Shown in pieces: positions 55,757-64,000 of a DNA stretch of 64,000 nucleotides (the stretch's first letter is position 1; each line of letters starts with the position of its first letter). Below the pieces are notes generated by a model. That model had not been told where the DNA came from. It was given only the letters and a program-made list of their open reading frames with translations, and did no database searches. Source of the DNA: Clostridia bacterium DTU065 (GTDB lineage Bacteria; Bacillota; DTU065); assembly GCA_001512545.1 (NCBI GenBank), contig LFSI01000087.1, positions 22,242-86,241 on the forward strand. The letters run 5' to 3'. The position numbers and the translations under genes were made by a program.

Positions 55757-55884
55757 AGACGTAGCACTGTTGTGCTTTCCCTCCCTCATAACCAAATCGC
55801 ATCAATAGATCTTAGTAAAATGCTCTGCAATCTTGGTCTGACCGCATAAGCCTGGCAGGATCCCTACCAGGCATCTCTTTATGA

Positions 55885-56121
55885 TCACTTGCGGCCTGCA
55901 ATTTGCTTTGCGTACTTCACGATTTCCCATTCATCTAAAAAAACTTTATCACCATCAACCAGCGCAGGGATGGTTTTTTGACCTGTAGCCTTAAAAAGAT
56001 CGTGGCGGTTTTTGGCTTCTCTGGCAACTTTTACATAGCGGTATTCAACTCGAAGCTGCCTCAGGTTGTCTTCTATCCAGAGGCACTTCGGACACCATGG
56101 AGCACAATACAAGGTTAGCAC
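55885..56121 (-). CDS. glutaredoxin-like protein
   Basis: WCPKC, TGQKTIPALVDGD; GGGGAGG RBS. Confidence 0.85.
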   Translation of the reverse strand: MLTLYCAPWCPKCLWIEDNLRQLRVEYRYVKVAREAKNRHDLFKATGQKTIPALVDGDKVFLDEWEIVKYAKQIAGRK

Positions 56122-56243
56122 AAAGTATTCCTCCCCGTCATGAGAATACTTTATGCAGCACGCTCCTAAGCTGCGCCAGCTTCAGTGTCCGACGGGACTT
56201 TCAGAAGGCAATTGAGTTGAAATGCCCGGAATCCTCTTTCAGG

Positions 56244-57167
56244 CTACAGCTCCCCAACAACCCGAACTTCAGGCTCCAACACCACATCGAACTTCTCCTT
56301 GATGGTGGCCTGAATGAACTTGATGAGGTCCAAGACGTCCTGACAAGTGGCTCCGCCCACGTTGACGATGAAACCTGCGTGCTTTGTAGATACTTCTGCT
56401 CCGCCAATCCTATATCCTTTTAGACCGGCTTTTTCTACCAGCGGTCCAACAAAGTTGTCCGGCGGTCTCTTGAAAACCGAACCAGCGCAGGGCATGTCAA
56501 CAGGCTGTTTGGAGGTCCTCCGTTCGGTTAGGTCCTCCATCTTTCTGGCGATCTCTTCTCTATCTCCCCTCTCCAGACTGAAGGTCGCTTCAAGGGCGAT
56601 AAGACGCTTTTCCATAAACACCGAATGCCTGTAGTCCAGATGCAAGTCCTGTTTGGTCAGCTGGATAATGTTACCTTCCATGTCCATGGCTTTGGCAGTA
56701 CTGATCACGTCTTTGATCTCTCCGCCGTAAGCTCCGGCATTCATTACCAGCGCTCCGCCCACATTTCCCGGAATCCCCACCGCAAACTCCAGGCCGGAAA
56801 GACCGGCACTGCCTGCGGTTTTAGATACGTCAGACAGCGCAGCACCTGCGCCGCAGGTTACCGTCGTGCCTTCAATAGAGATGTTGCTAAAACTTTTATC
56901 TATTTTGACAACTACTCCTCTAATACCTTTGTCGCTAACCAGAAGATTAGATCCGGCCCCGATCACCATAAGCGGAACAGTTACACCTGTTCGCGACTGT
57001 GTTTCGCCAATGAGCTGCAAAACCTTCTGCAGATCTTCTATAGACTTCGGCAGGACAAAGATATCACTCGGTCCGCCGATCTTGAATGTTGTGTGCTTTT
57101 CCATGGGCTCCTGCCACAGCACTTCGCCGTCTAAGGCGGCTTTCAGGGCATTGTGGAGTTCAAGCAT
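56244..57167 (-). CDS. murB: UDP-N-acetylenolpyruvoylglucosamine reductase
   Basis: HTTFKIGG, GAGSNLL, GIPGNVGGA..MNAGAYG, AGSVFKRP, KHAGFIVN, LEPEV. Confidence 0.97.
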   Translation of the reverse strand: MLELHNALKAALDGEVLWQEPMEKHTTFKIGGPSDIFVLPKSIEDLQKVLQLIGETQSRTGVTVPLMVIGAGSNLLVSDKGIRGVVVKIDKSFSNISIEGTTVTCGAGAALSDVSKTAGSAGLSGLEFAVGIPGNVGGALVMNAGAYGGEIKDVISTAKAMDMEGNIIQLTKQDLHLDYRHSVFMEKRLIALEATFSLERGDREEIARKMEDLTERRTSKQPVDMPCAGSVFKRPPDNFVGPLVEKAGLKGYRIGGAEVSTKHAGFIVNVGGATCQDVLDLIKFIQATIKEKFDVVLEPEVRVVGEL

Positions 57168-57324
57168 TTTTTAGCCCCCTTGCTTCTTCATAAGCAGCAT
57201 ACTCTATGCACTCTAAGCAGAACTGATAAAAGTCAAGTCCAATGAACAGCTGTTTTAATGTGCAGTGATAACAGATTCTGCCATCTTTGTCCCTGACGCA
57301 GACTGCATAGCGGCAAACTTCCAT
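57160..57324 (-). CDS. small Cys-rich protein (54 aa) overlapping the murB start
   Basis: AAGGAG RBS before ATG 57324; CRYAVC...CYHC...CLEC; stop codon overlaps the murB start region. Confidence 0.55.
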   Translation of the reverse strand: MEVCRYAVCVRDKDGRICYHCTLKQLFIGLDFYQFCLECIEYAAYEEARGLKNA

Positions 57325-57529
57325 TTTATTGAATTCTCCTTCCTTATGTTTAATCCTACTTCCACCTGTAAATAGGTGGTTGTAATTAGGAAGTCTTTTA
57401 CTTATTGTGCCCCTAATTCCAGGTTGGATTAAGGGATCTGGCGGGATTTGCATAGACCATTTGCTGCGTATAGAATAATAGTAAATGCGTGCGAAAATAT
57501 GCTACAATCTTATCAAATGGGGTGATCTC

Positions 57530-58642
57530 TTGCTAATTGCCCAAGTCTGCTATTTAGCGCCTCCTGCTGTTGGCGGTGTGGAAAAGCACGTCTTAGAGCT
57601 CAGCCGATCCCTGATCAAAGCCGGGCACCAAGTGGAAATACACACCTCCTCTTTCTACGACCTCAAAGGTTCGAGAAAAGTAGGCCAAACAAACGATGAG
57701 ATCCCTACTTATCGCTACGCAAGTCGGTTTGTCAAAAAGACTACGGTTTTTTCACAGCCCATTCACTTCCCAGGCCTTTTCTGGGGACTGGTGCGGCGGA
57801 AGCCTGATGTGGTGCACGTGCACTCTATGGCATCTTTGCACCTTGAACTGAGCTACCTTTACGCAAGGCTTTTCCGCAAGCGCTTGGTGGTCACCGGTCA
57901 CTACAGTGCAGCGGATCTAAACCGGCTGTATACCAAGAGGAAAAACGGCAAAAAACCCCTACGGCTGCAGTACTGGGAAACTAGAATGAAAAAAATCATG
58001 GACTATGCAACGCTCATTGCCATTACCGAAGAAGAAGCCGACGCTTACAGAACGCTTTTCGGTTTCCAAAACATCGCTGTGATACCAAACGGCATTAGGC
58101 TTGCAGAGTTTACCCCAAAAGAGCATAAAGAGAACTTTATTATCTTTATCGGTCGTATTGTTCCTGAAAAAAGACTGGAGTTTCTTCTCGAAGCCCATAA
58201 AAAGCTGGAGCACCCCCTGCCGTTGATTGTTGCAGGTTATGCTCCAGACAGTGCATATTTGGATAAGTTAAAATCCCTTGCAGGAAGCGGAGTCAGCTTT
58301 ATCAATCCTCCAAGACAGCAGTTGGTCGAACTCCTGGGAAAAGCTAAAGCCTTGGTTCTGCCTAGCAAAAACGAGGCCTTCGGCATCGTCCTTTTAGAAG
58401 CTATGGCTTCAAATGCGCTGGTTCTTGCTAGCAACTCAGGAGGTTTCCCTACAGTCGTTGGCGATGCAGGCCTGCTTTTTAATCCGGACGATCCCGCGGA
58501 CCTTGCAGACAAGATTTCCCTCCTTAAAGACGATCAGCTCTGCCAGAGTCTCCGCGAGAAGGGTCTTGCCAGAGTGCAAAACTACGACTGGGATCTTCTG
58601 GTCGAGAAGGTTCTGGAGGTGTATTCCCATCCAAAATCGTGA
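57530..58642 (+). CDS. glycosyltransferase family 4
   Basis: PPAVGGVE, IPNGI, FIGRIVPEKR, EAFGIVLLEAMA. Confidence 0.9.
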   Translation: MLIAQVCYLAPPAVGGVEKHVLELSRSLIKAGHQVEIHTSSFYDLKGSRKVGQTNDEIPTYRYASRFVKKTTVFSQPIHFPGLFWGLVRRKPDVVHVHSMASLHLELSYLYARLFRKRLVVTGHYSAADLNRLYTKRKNGKKPLRLQYWETRMKKIMDYATLIAITEEEADAYRTLFGFQNIAVIPNGIRLAEFTPKEHKENFIIFIGRIVPEKRLEFLLEAHKKLEHPLPLIVAGYAPDSAYLDKLKSLAGSGVSFINPPRQQLVELLGKAKALVLPSKNEAFGIVLLEAMASNALVLASNSGGFPTVVGDAGLLFNPDDPADLADKISLLKDDQLCQSLREKGLARVQNYDWDLLVEKVLEVYSHPKS

Positions 58643-59534
58643 AATCAGCGTCATCTGCACGGTATATAACGAAGAAGAGAATATCAACGCACTGGTTGAA
58701 AGCCTGCTTTCCCAGTCGCTAAAGCCAAAAGAGATCATCATCACAGACGGCGGTTCCACCGACGGGACCTTGGAGATCCTAAAAGACCTAGAAGAAAAGC
58801 ACCACACTCTCAAGGTCTACAGCGTCCCGGGAAATCGCGCTAAAGGCAGGAACGCAGCCATAGCCAAATCTACAGCAGAATACATAGCGGTGACCGATGC
58901 AGGATGCGTAGCAGATCCCTTTTGGTTGGAAAAGATCTCCGAACCGCTTTTTGCAGGTGCCGAAGTGGCCTCGGGCTTTTACGAACCAGTAGTCCAAAAC
59001 CCCCTGGAAAAAGCGGTGGCCAAAATGACCATACCCAGCCTGAAAACGGTAAATCCAGACACCTTCCTCCCGTCCAGCAGGTCTGTAGCCTTTAGCAAGA
59101 AAGCCTGGGAAACCGTAGATGGGTATCCTGAAGAGTTTTCCCACAACGAAGATACTCCTTTTGATCTCCGCTTGAAGAGCCAGGGTTATACATTTGTGTT
59201 CGTGCCCGATGCGCTGGTCTACTGGAAGCCCAGATCTAGTTTTAGAGAGGTTTGGCGGCAGTTTCACCAGTACGCTTACGGAGATGGCGAAGCTCTGATT
59301 CAGATCCGGGATTATCTGTTGATCTTCCTTAGATACATCCCGCTTTTCTTCTTCCCCTACGGAACTTTTCTAGCTGTCCTGTTGTGGTTTTTGCGTCTGG
59401 CCAAAGACTTCAGCAAGTGTCTGAGTATTTACACCCTCCCATTGCGGTTCACCATAGATTTTGCGGACATGATCGGATTTATTAAAGGTTTGAAAGTAGC
59501 GTGGACTAAGTGGAGAAAAAGCAAATCCTCATAA
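58629..59534 (+). CDS. glycosyltransferase family 2 (start codon uncertain)
   Basis: ISVICTVYNE, DGGSTDGT, GRNAAI, TDAG, NED; homology begins at about 58640. Confidence 0.85.
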   Translation: MQNREISVICTVYNEEENINALVESLLSQSLKPKEIIITDGGSTDGTLEILKDLEEKHHTLKVYSVPGNRAKGRNAAIAKSTAEYIAVTDAGCVADPFWLEKISEPLFAGAEVASGFYEPVVQNPLEKAVAKMTIPSLKTVNPDTFLPSSRSVAFSKKAWETVDGYPEEFSHNEDTPFDLRLKSQGYTFVFVPDALVYWKPRSSFREVWRQFHQYAYGDGEALIQIRDYLLIFLRYIPLFFFPYGTFLAVLLWFLRLAKDFSKCLSIYTLPLRFTIDFADMIGFIKGLKVAWTKWRKSKSS

Positions 59535-60685
59535 CCACAATTGGAAAATTCCCCCATGTTGGCGGAAAGTCGGTCCACATTGAAACTCTAACCAGATCGC
59601 TGCCTAAGGCATCAAATGGGAAGTTTAGCCCTAAAGTGCTCTCCTTTTCCGATCTCGGGCCTTTCGTGCAGACCTTTTGCTCTCTGCCCAGAGTCTTTAA
59701 GGATATTCCGCTGGATTTTGTCCTAAGAAGGTACTTTCTCAAAAAGCATTTGGGTAAAGAGATTCTGTCGCAGGTGCCGCTCTTTCTAGTGCAGGAAAGC
59801 TCGTCTTTCCAGCTTGCAGAGTATGCAGGAAAGCCGTTTATTCTAACTGTTCACGGTTCAAGCTGTGACGAGTATGCAAGCAGTAAGGCCATACCTTTTG
59901 GCGGTAGAAGCTACAAAAAGCTCCTCCAAGAAGAGATCGAAGCGGCCAAGCGAGCTGCCTTTGTGATCACCGTCGATACCAATCTCAAGAATCAAATTCT
60001 CGAGCGTTCTCATATAGATGGTAGTAAAGTCACGGTACTGCCTAACACCGTTGACACTGACGTTTTCTCTCCAGAAATGAACAAAAAAGCACAAAAAGAA
60101 GCCTTGGGTCTAAACCCAAGCGATTTTGTTACGGTAGTTGTTCGCAGGCTAGTACCGAAAAACGGCGTACAGTTCGCCATTTTGGCTCTGGCAAAACTCC
60201 AGCAGAAAAACGTCAAGCTGGTTGTGGCAGGCGACGGCCCGGAAAGAAAGTCCTTAGAAGAGCTGGTAGCTCAGCTTCATCTAGAAGATCAAGTAGTTTT
60301 CCTCGGCGCCATTCAACACCACAGAACTCCGGAGCTCCTCAGGTGTGCAGATCTCTGCCTCATTCCTTCGGTTCCCGACCAAAATGTCGTGGAAGCCACT
60401 TCTATCTCTGCCCTCGAAGCCATGGCGACGGCACTTCCAGTTGTTGCCAGCGGCATCGGAGGGTTGAAAGAGCTTCTAGAAGGAGGTGCGGGAGTCCTCG
60501 TTCCACCTGCAGACCCCGAAGCACTGGCAGCTGCTTGGAAAAACATAATCGACAACCCCGTCTTTGGGGAATCTTTAGGTGTAAAAGCCAGAGCGAAGGT
60601 TTTACAGGAGTATTCTTTGGATAAATGGATAGGTACGTATATCGATCTTATAGAAAGAACAATCGAAGCAAGTACAGGAAGGTAG
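59510..60685 (+). CDS. glycosyltransferase family 4
   Basis: PHVGG, LTVHG, PNTVD, RRLVPKNG, EATSISALEAMA. Confidence 0.9.
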   Translation: MEKKQILITTIGKFPHVGGKSVHIETLTRSLPKASNGKFSPKVLSFSDLGPFVQTFCSLPRVFKDIPLDFVLRRYFLKKHLGKEILSQVPLFLVQESSSFQLAEYAGKPFILTVHGSSCDEYASSKAIPFGGRSYKKLLQEEIEAAKRAAFVITVDTNLKNQILERSHIDGSKVTVLPNTVDTDVFSPEMNKKAQKEALGLNPSDFVTVVVRRLVPKNGVQFAILALAKLQQKNVKLVVAGDGPERKSLEELVAQLHLEDQVVFLGAIQHHRTPELLRCADLCLIPSVPDQNVVEATSISALEAMATALPVVASGIGGLKELLEGGAGVLVPPADPEALAAAWKNIIDNPVFGESLGVKARAKVLQEYSLDKWIGTYIDLIERTIEASTGR

Positions 60686-60695
60686 GGATAGATGA

Positions 60696-61802
60696 ATGCA
60701 GCTCTTGATTTGGCTTTTGCTTTTTTTCGCTGTGTATCCCTATGCCTTCTATCCGCTGATTTTGAAGCTGATTTCGTTGCTGAGGGCCTCCTGCGTTCCG
60801 AAAGACCTCTACTCAGAAGAAAATTTGCCTAAAGCAACACTTCTTATCACCGCTTACAACGAAGAAGAGTTTCTTGAAGCAAAGATCCAGAACTCACTGA
60901 AGCTCGACTATCCCGATCTGGAGATCGTTGTCGTCTCCGACGGCTCTACTGATAGAACCAATGAGATTCTGGCGTCATTCCCAGAGGTAAAATCGGTAAT
61001 TCTCCCTAAGCGTAGCGGCAAGCCAACAGCTCTTAAGGCAGGTCTAGAGGTTGCCGGAGGCGAGATCATCTGCCTTTCCGATGTATCGGCACTCTATGAA
61101 GAAAACTGCTTGAAGCTTCTTGTTGCACCGCTTCTTTCCCCGGAGGTTGGGGCTACAGGTGGCGTTCTTTCCTTCAGAAAGCATAATGCAGCCACTCCTG
61201 GCGAGGTAACCTACAGCAGTTATGAGAGTAAGCTTCGAGCATTGGAAACTGAAGCTCTGGGCACCATTGTGCTGCCCGGCACGTTCTACGCCGTACGGCG
61301 CAGGGACATGGTACTCCCTCCGGAAGACATCATTGCCGACGACTTTTACGTCACCTGCAGCCTTCTGGAAAGAGGGCTTAAGTTGATCCAAGTGGACAAA
61401 GCCATGGCTTTCGAACAGGCAAGCCACGACACATCGGGAGAGTTTATCCGCAAGTCCAGAATCATTGCCGGCGGTATGCAGACTCTAGCCCGTTTTCCGA
61501 AACTGCTTTTTGGCAAATGGGGCTTCTTTTTAGTTTCCCACAAGGTCTTGCGGTGGGGTGCTGCTCTTTTCGGGGGCATGCACTACCTCCTTTTGGCCTT
61601 CTCCGGTCTCTGCCCTTGGCTCTTTGCCGCAGAGAGCGTACTTTTGCTTTTGGGAATCATTAGTACTTTCTTGGATTTGGCAGGAGTTAAGACGCCCAAA
61701 ATCATGGCGCTTCTCAGGCACTTTGTCGTTGTAAACGCAGCAGTGTATTGGGGTATCATTGGACTATTTAGTGGGAGGCAGACGGTAAAATGGCAACGGT
61801 AA
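60696..61802 (+). CDS. membrane-bound glycosyltransferase family 2
   Basis: N-terminal TM; ITAYNEE, SDGSTDRT, GK..AL, ADDF, RKSRI..GG.Q; C-terminal TMs. Confidence 0.88.
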   Translation: MQLLIWLLLFFAVYPYAFYPLILKLISLLRASCVPKDLYSEENLPKATLLITAYNEEEFLEAKIQNSLKLDYPDLEIVVVSDGSTDRTNEILASFPEVKSVILPKRSGKPTALKAGLEVAGGEIICLSDVSALYEENCLKLLVAPLLSPEVGATGGVLSFRKHNAATPGEVTYSSYESKLRALETEALGTIVLPGTFYAVRRRDMVLPPEDIIADDFYVTCSLLERGLKLIQVDKAMAFEQASHDTSGEFIRKSRIIAGGMQTLARFPKLLFGKWGFFLVSHKVLRWGAALFGGMHYLLLAFSGLCPWLFAAESVLLLLGIISTFLDLAGVKTPKIMALLRHFVVVNAAVYWGIIGLFSGRQTVKWQR

Positions 61803-62563
61803 TCGGACTCATACTGCTTTTCCTCTTGTTCATTGTTTGGGGATTTGTTACGGCTAATTCTCTAAGGTACAAAATGATCACCATCCGCGCCGAAGGCTGG
61901 CCGGAAAAGTCCACCCGCATCCTCTTTATGTCCGACCTGCATACTTCGGGCAGAGGTTTTCGAATAAAACGCACGATCAAGCTGGCCAAGGAAGCTCCCT
62001 GCGATATTGTCTGCATCACAGGCGACATCATCGTGCGGCGGGTGCGGCAAGAAGAGCGGGTTGTGCAGGCTTTAAAAGAGATTGCAAATGGCAGACCGAC
62101 GTTTCTGGTTTGGGGTAACAACGACTACAACCCGGAAATCGATAGGGCAAAGCTCTACGAAGAGCTGCAAAAGGCCAACATCAATGTGCTGGTAAACGAG
62201 CGGGTTAAGGTTGGCAACCTAACCATCGGTGGCTTGGGCGACCCCTTTTGGGGAAAAGACGATATTGAAAAAACCCTTGCTGAAGATGTGGATCTCCTGC
62301 TGTCCCATACGCCTTCGCCCATCTTTGAAGTGAAAAAGCGGGCTAAGTTGATGCTGGCAGGTCACACCCACGCAGGCCAGTTCTGCAGTATTGACGGCAC
62401 GCCTCTAATGCCCGAGCTGCGGAAGAAAGAAGCTTTTGCCTACGGTCTCTCCTACCATAACGGCACCCACATCTACACCACATCGGGCATCGGCACCACC
62501 AGACTCCCCCTCCGGTTCTTCTGCCATCCCGAACTGGTGCTCTTGGAGGTCAGGCCTAAATGA
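61790..62563 (+). CDS. membrane-anchored metallophosphoesterase (YkuE/YpbG-like)
   Basis: SDLH, TGD, WGNND, LSHTP, AGHTHAGQ. Confidence 0.88.
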   Translation: MATVIGLILLFLLFIVWGFVTANSLRYKMITIRAEGWPEKSTRILFMSDLHTSGRGFRIKRTIKLAKEAPCDIVCITGDIIVRRVRQEERVVQALKEIANGRPTFLVWGNNDYNPEIDRAKLYEELQKANINVLVNERVKVGNLTIGGLGDPFWGKDDIEKTLAEDVDLLLSHTPSPIFEVKKRAKLMLAGHTHAGQFCSIDGTPLMPELRKKEAFAYGLSYHNGTHIYTTSGIGTTRLPLRFFCHPELVLLEVRPK

Positions 62564-63054
62564 CAAAGAAGACTACTCTATACATTCTTTGCGGTCTGCC
62601 TGCAGCAGGAAAGAGCACTTTATGCCAGCTTCGCCAGGGCCGGGTGATTACCGCAGACATTATCAGAAAGGGCATTGTGGGGAGTCTCGGCGACTCTGAT
62701 CACGATGAGTTCGTCTGGGAGACCGCTCTAAATGCTGCCGAGTACTTCCTCCAATTTGGCGACGTTTACTACGATGCAACAAACTCCACAAGAGCGCGGA
62801 GAAAGCCGTTTGTGGACAAGGCTAAGGAGCTTGGGAAAGATGTTGTGTGCGTGTGGGTTGCAACTCCCCTTGAGGTTTGCATCAAGCAGAACCAAAGAAG
62901 GGCGAAGTCCAATCCCGACTCACCTCCAGACTGGGTCATAGAGAAGGTCGCGGGAGTCTTCGAACCTCCCACACTGGACGAAGGGTTTGCCAAGATCGAA
63001 AAATGGCTGCCTGCGCCCTCAGGGATGCGGGCTCAGTTCATCTACAAAACATAA
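62560..63054 (+). CDS. P-loop kinase (AAA_33 / polynucleotide-kinase-like)
   Basis: CGLPAAGKST, D.IR, DATN...RR, EPPTLDEGF. Confidence 0.82.
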   Translation: MTKKTTLYILCGLPAAGKSTLCQLRQGRVITADIIRKGIVGSLGDSDHDEFVWETALNAAEYFLQFGDVYYDATNSTRARRKPFVDKAKELGKDVVCVWVATPLEVCIKQNQRRAKSNPDSPPDWVIEKVAGVFEPPTLDEGFAKIEKWLPAPSGMRAQFIYKT

Positions 63055-63100
63055 ACAGGGTGCAGCTGGAAACGATCGTGGGCTGCACCCTGTTTGTTTT
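63053..63100. terminator. terminator between convergent operons
   Basis: AAACAGGGTGCAGC-loop-GCTGCACCCTGTTT followed by a T-rich tail. Confidence 0.75.
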
Positions 63101-63148
63101 CTGCTTGAACCCTGTTTTTCTGGCTTGCCATAAACTCTGCACATCAGA

Positions 63149-64000
63149 TCAGGCAAAGCCTGGATAGCTTCTGCGGACCTCTTCTAGAACCTTGCCCATG
63201 TCCTTTTCAGCGTCTTTGTGCATGACAAAAACGATACCGTCTTTTACCACAACCACCGTGTCTTGTACTCCCGACAGCACCACCAAATCGCCTTCGGAGT
63301 ACACCAGACTGCTGTCTGAGTTGAACTTAACAAAGCTCCCTTTCTCCCCTGCGTACTTCAGGTAGTTTTTCCACGTGCCGATGTCTTCCCAAAGAACTTT
63401 CATCGGATATGCAAAAAGCCGGTCCGTCTTTTCCATGACTCCCTTATCTATAGATATCGGTCTGAGTCTGGCAAATGCCGCCACATCTCGAGCCCTAGCG
63501 GCGGCAAAGTGGCTTGGAAGAAACCTTCCAATTTCCAGAAGTAGTTTCCGCGCTGGTGCCGCGTAGATCCCGCTGTTTACCAGATACCCTGCTTCTATAT
63601 ACTCTTCAGGACGGGTAGGTTTCTCTGCAAAGTCCACCACTTTGCCCAGTTCCAAGCCTTCCTCCATCTTGATGTAACCGTACTGCTTTGAGGCTTCTTC
63701 CTTGGATTGCTTGATACCGAGAGCCGTAATAGTTCCTGCTCTTTTTGCTTTTTCCAAAGCCGCTGTGACCTGTTCCCAAGGAGAAATCAGGTGATCCACA
63801 GGGAAAATCCCCACGAAAGCCTCTTTATCAGTATGCAGTATCTGTGCCAGACCCCAGGCAATAGCTGCAGCTGTGTTTTTTCTAAACGGCTCTTTGATTA
63901 GCCGGCACCCATAAGTTTCGATGCTTCTGGAAGAAACCACCCAGATGCGCTGTCTCGGAACCCACTGGGAGACCCGGGATATGGTTAGTTCCAGCATCGT
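63149..64000 (-). CDS. mannose-1-phosphate guanylyltransferase-like nucleotidyltransferase (5' part beyond the window)
   Basis: EPFRKNTAAAI, PVDHLI, YGYI, FAEKP, NSGIY, ISIDKGVMEK, WEDIGTW. Confidence 0.88.
   Translation of the reverse strand, partial: TMLELTISRVSQWVPRQRIWVVSSRSIETYGCRLIKEPFRKNTAAAIAWGLAQILHTDKEAFVGIFPVDHLISPWEQVTAALEKAKRAGTITALGIKQSKEEASKQYGYIKMEEGLELGKVVDFAEKPTRPEEYIEAGYLVNSGIYAAPARKLLLEIGRFLPSHFAAARARDVAAFARLRPISIDKGVMEKTDRLFAYPMKVLWEDIGTWKNYLKYAGEKGSFVKFNSDSSLVYSEGDLVVLSGVQDTVVVVKDGIVFVMHKDAEKDMGKVLEEVRRSYPGFA

Noticed and set aside
61790..63054. Phosphoesterase plus kinase as a Pnkp-type RNA repair system
   Set aside because: The phosphoesterase is membrane-anchored YkuE/YpbG type, and no ligase or Hen1 is nearby.
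1..64000. CRISPR arrays, IS elements, prophage or defence genes, rRNA/tRNA
   Set aside because: No regularly spaced repeats, transposase/integrase motifs or RNA-gene signatures were seen by eye.

Overview
Chromosomal, housekeeping-rich window (about 50% GC by eye) from a Bacillota (Firmicute). It looks both diderm and spore-forming. Diderm signs are TolC-like proteins with MacAB, four secreted proteins ending in beta-barrel-type C-terminal signals, and a MetQ with no lipobox. Sporulation signs are YqhV/DUF2619, a YhcV-like CBS protein, a YhfW-like Rieske oxidoreductase and sigG-like promoters. A Limnochordia-like lineage is my inference. Genes include nagB/namZ/amiE-like peptidoglycan recycling, a stand-alone trpB, an L,D-transpeptidase, helD, a MarR-ABC exporter, a Ser T-box-controlled aminotransferase-serA operon, clpP, SAM-I-controlled metQ, a three-gene glycerol-3-phosphate-dehydrogenase-like cluster, PEGA/outer-membrane proteins, tex, an MreB-family gene, murB and a glycosyltransferase operon. 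I saw no rRNA, tRNA, CRISPR array or transposase. The most notable non-obvious signals are: (i) four unrelated genes whose GGAGG is displaced 23-54 nt from the start codon by an intervening stem-loop; (ii) a TRAP-type (NAG-NN)n array with a mutually exclusive SD-sequestering hairpin in front of trpB; (iii) a set of small orphan outer-membrane barrels plus a PEGA-barrel fusion, two of the barrels sharing a 22-nt leader motif; (iv) a CsoR-type operator at the left edge. All family assignments come from motif recognition by eye, not from database searches.
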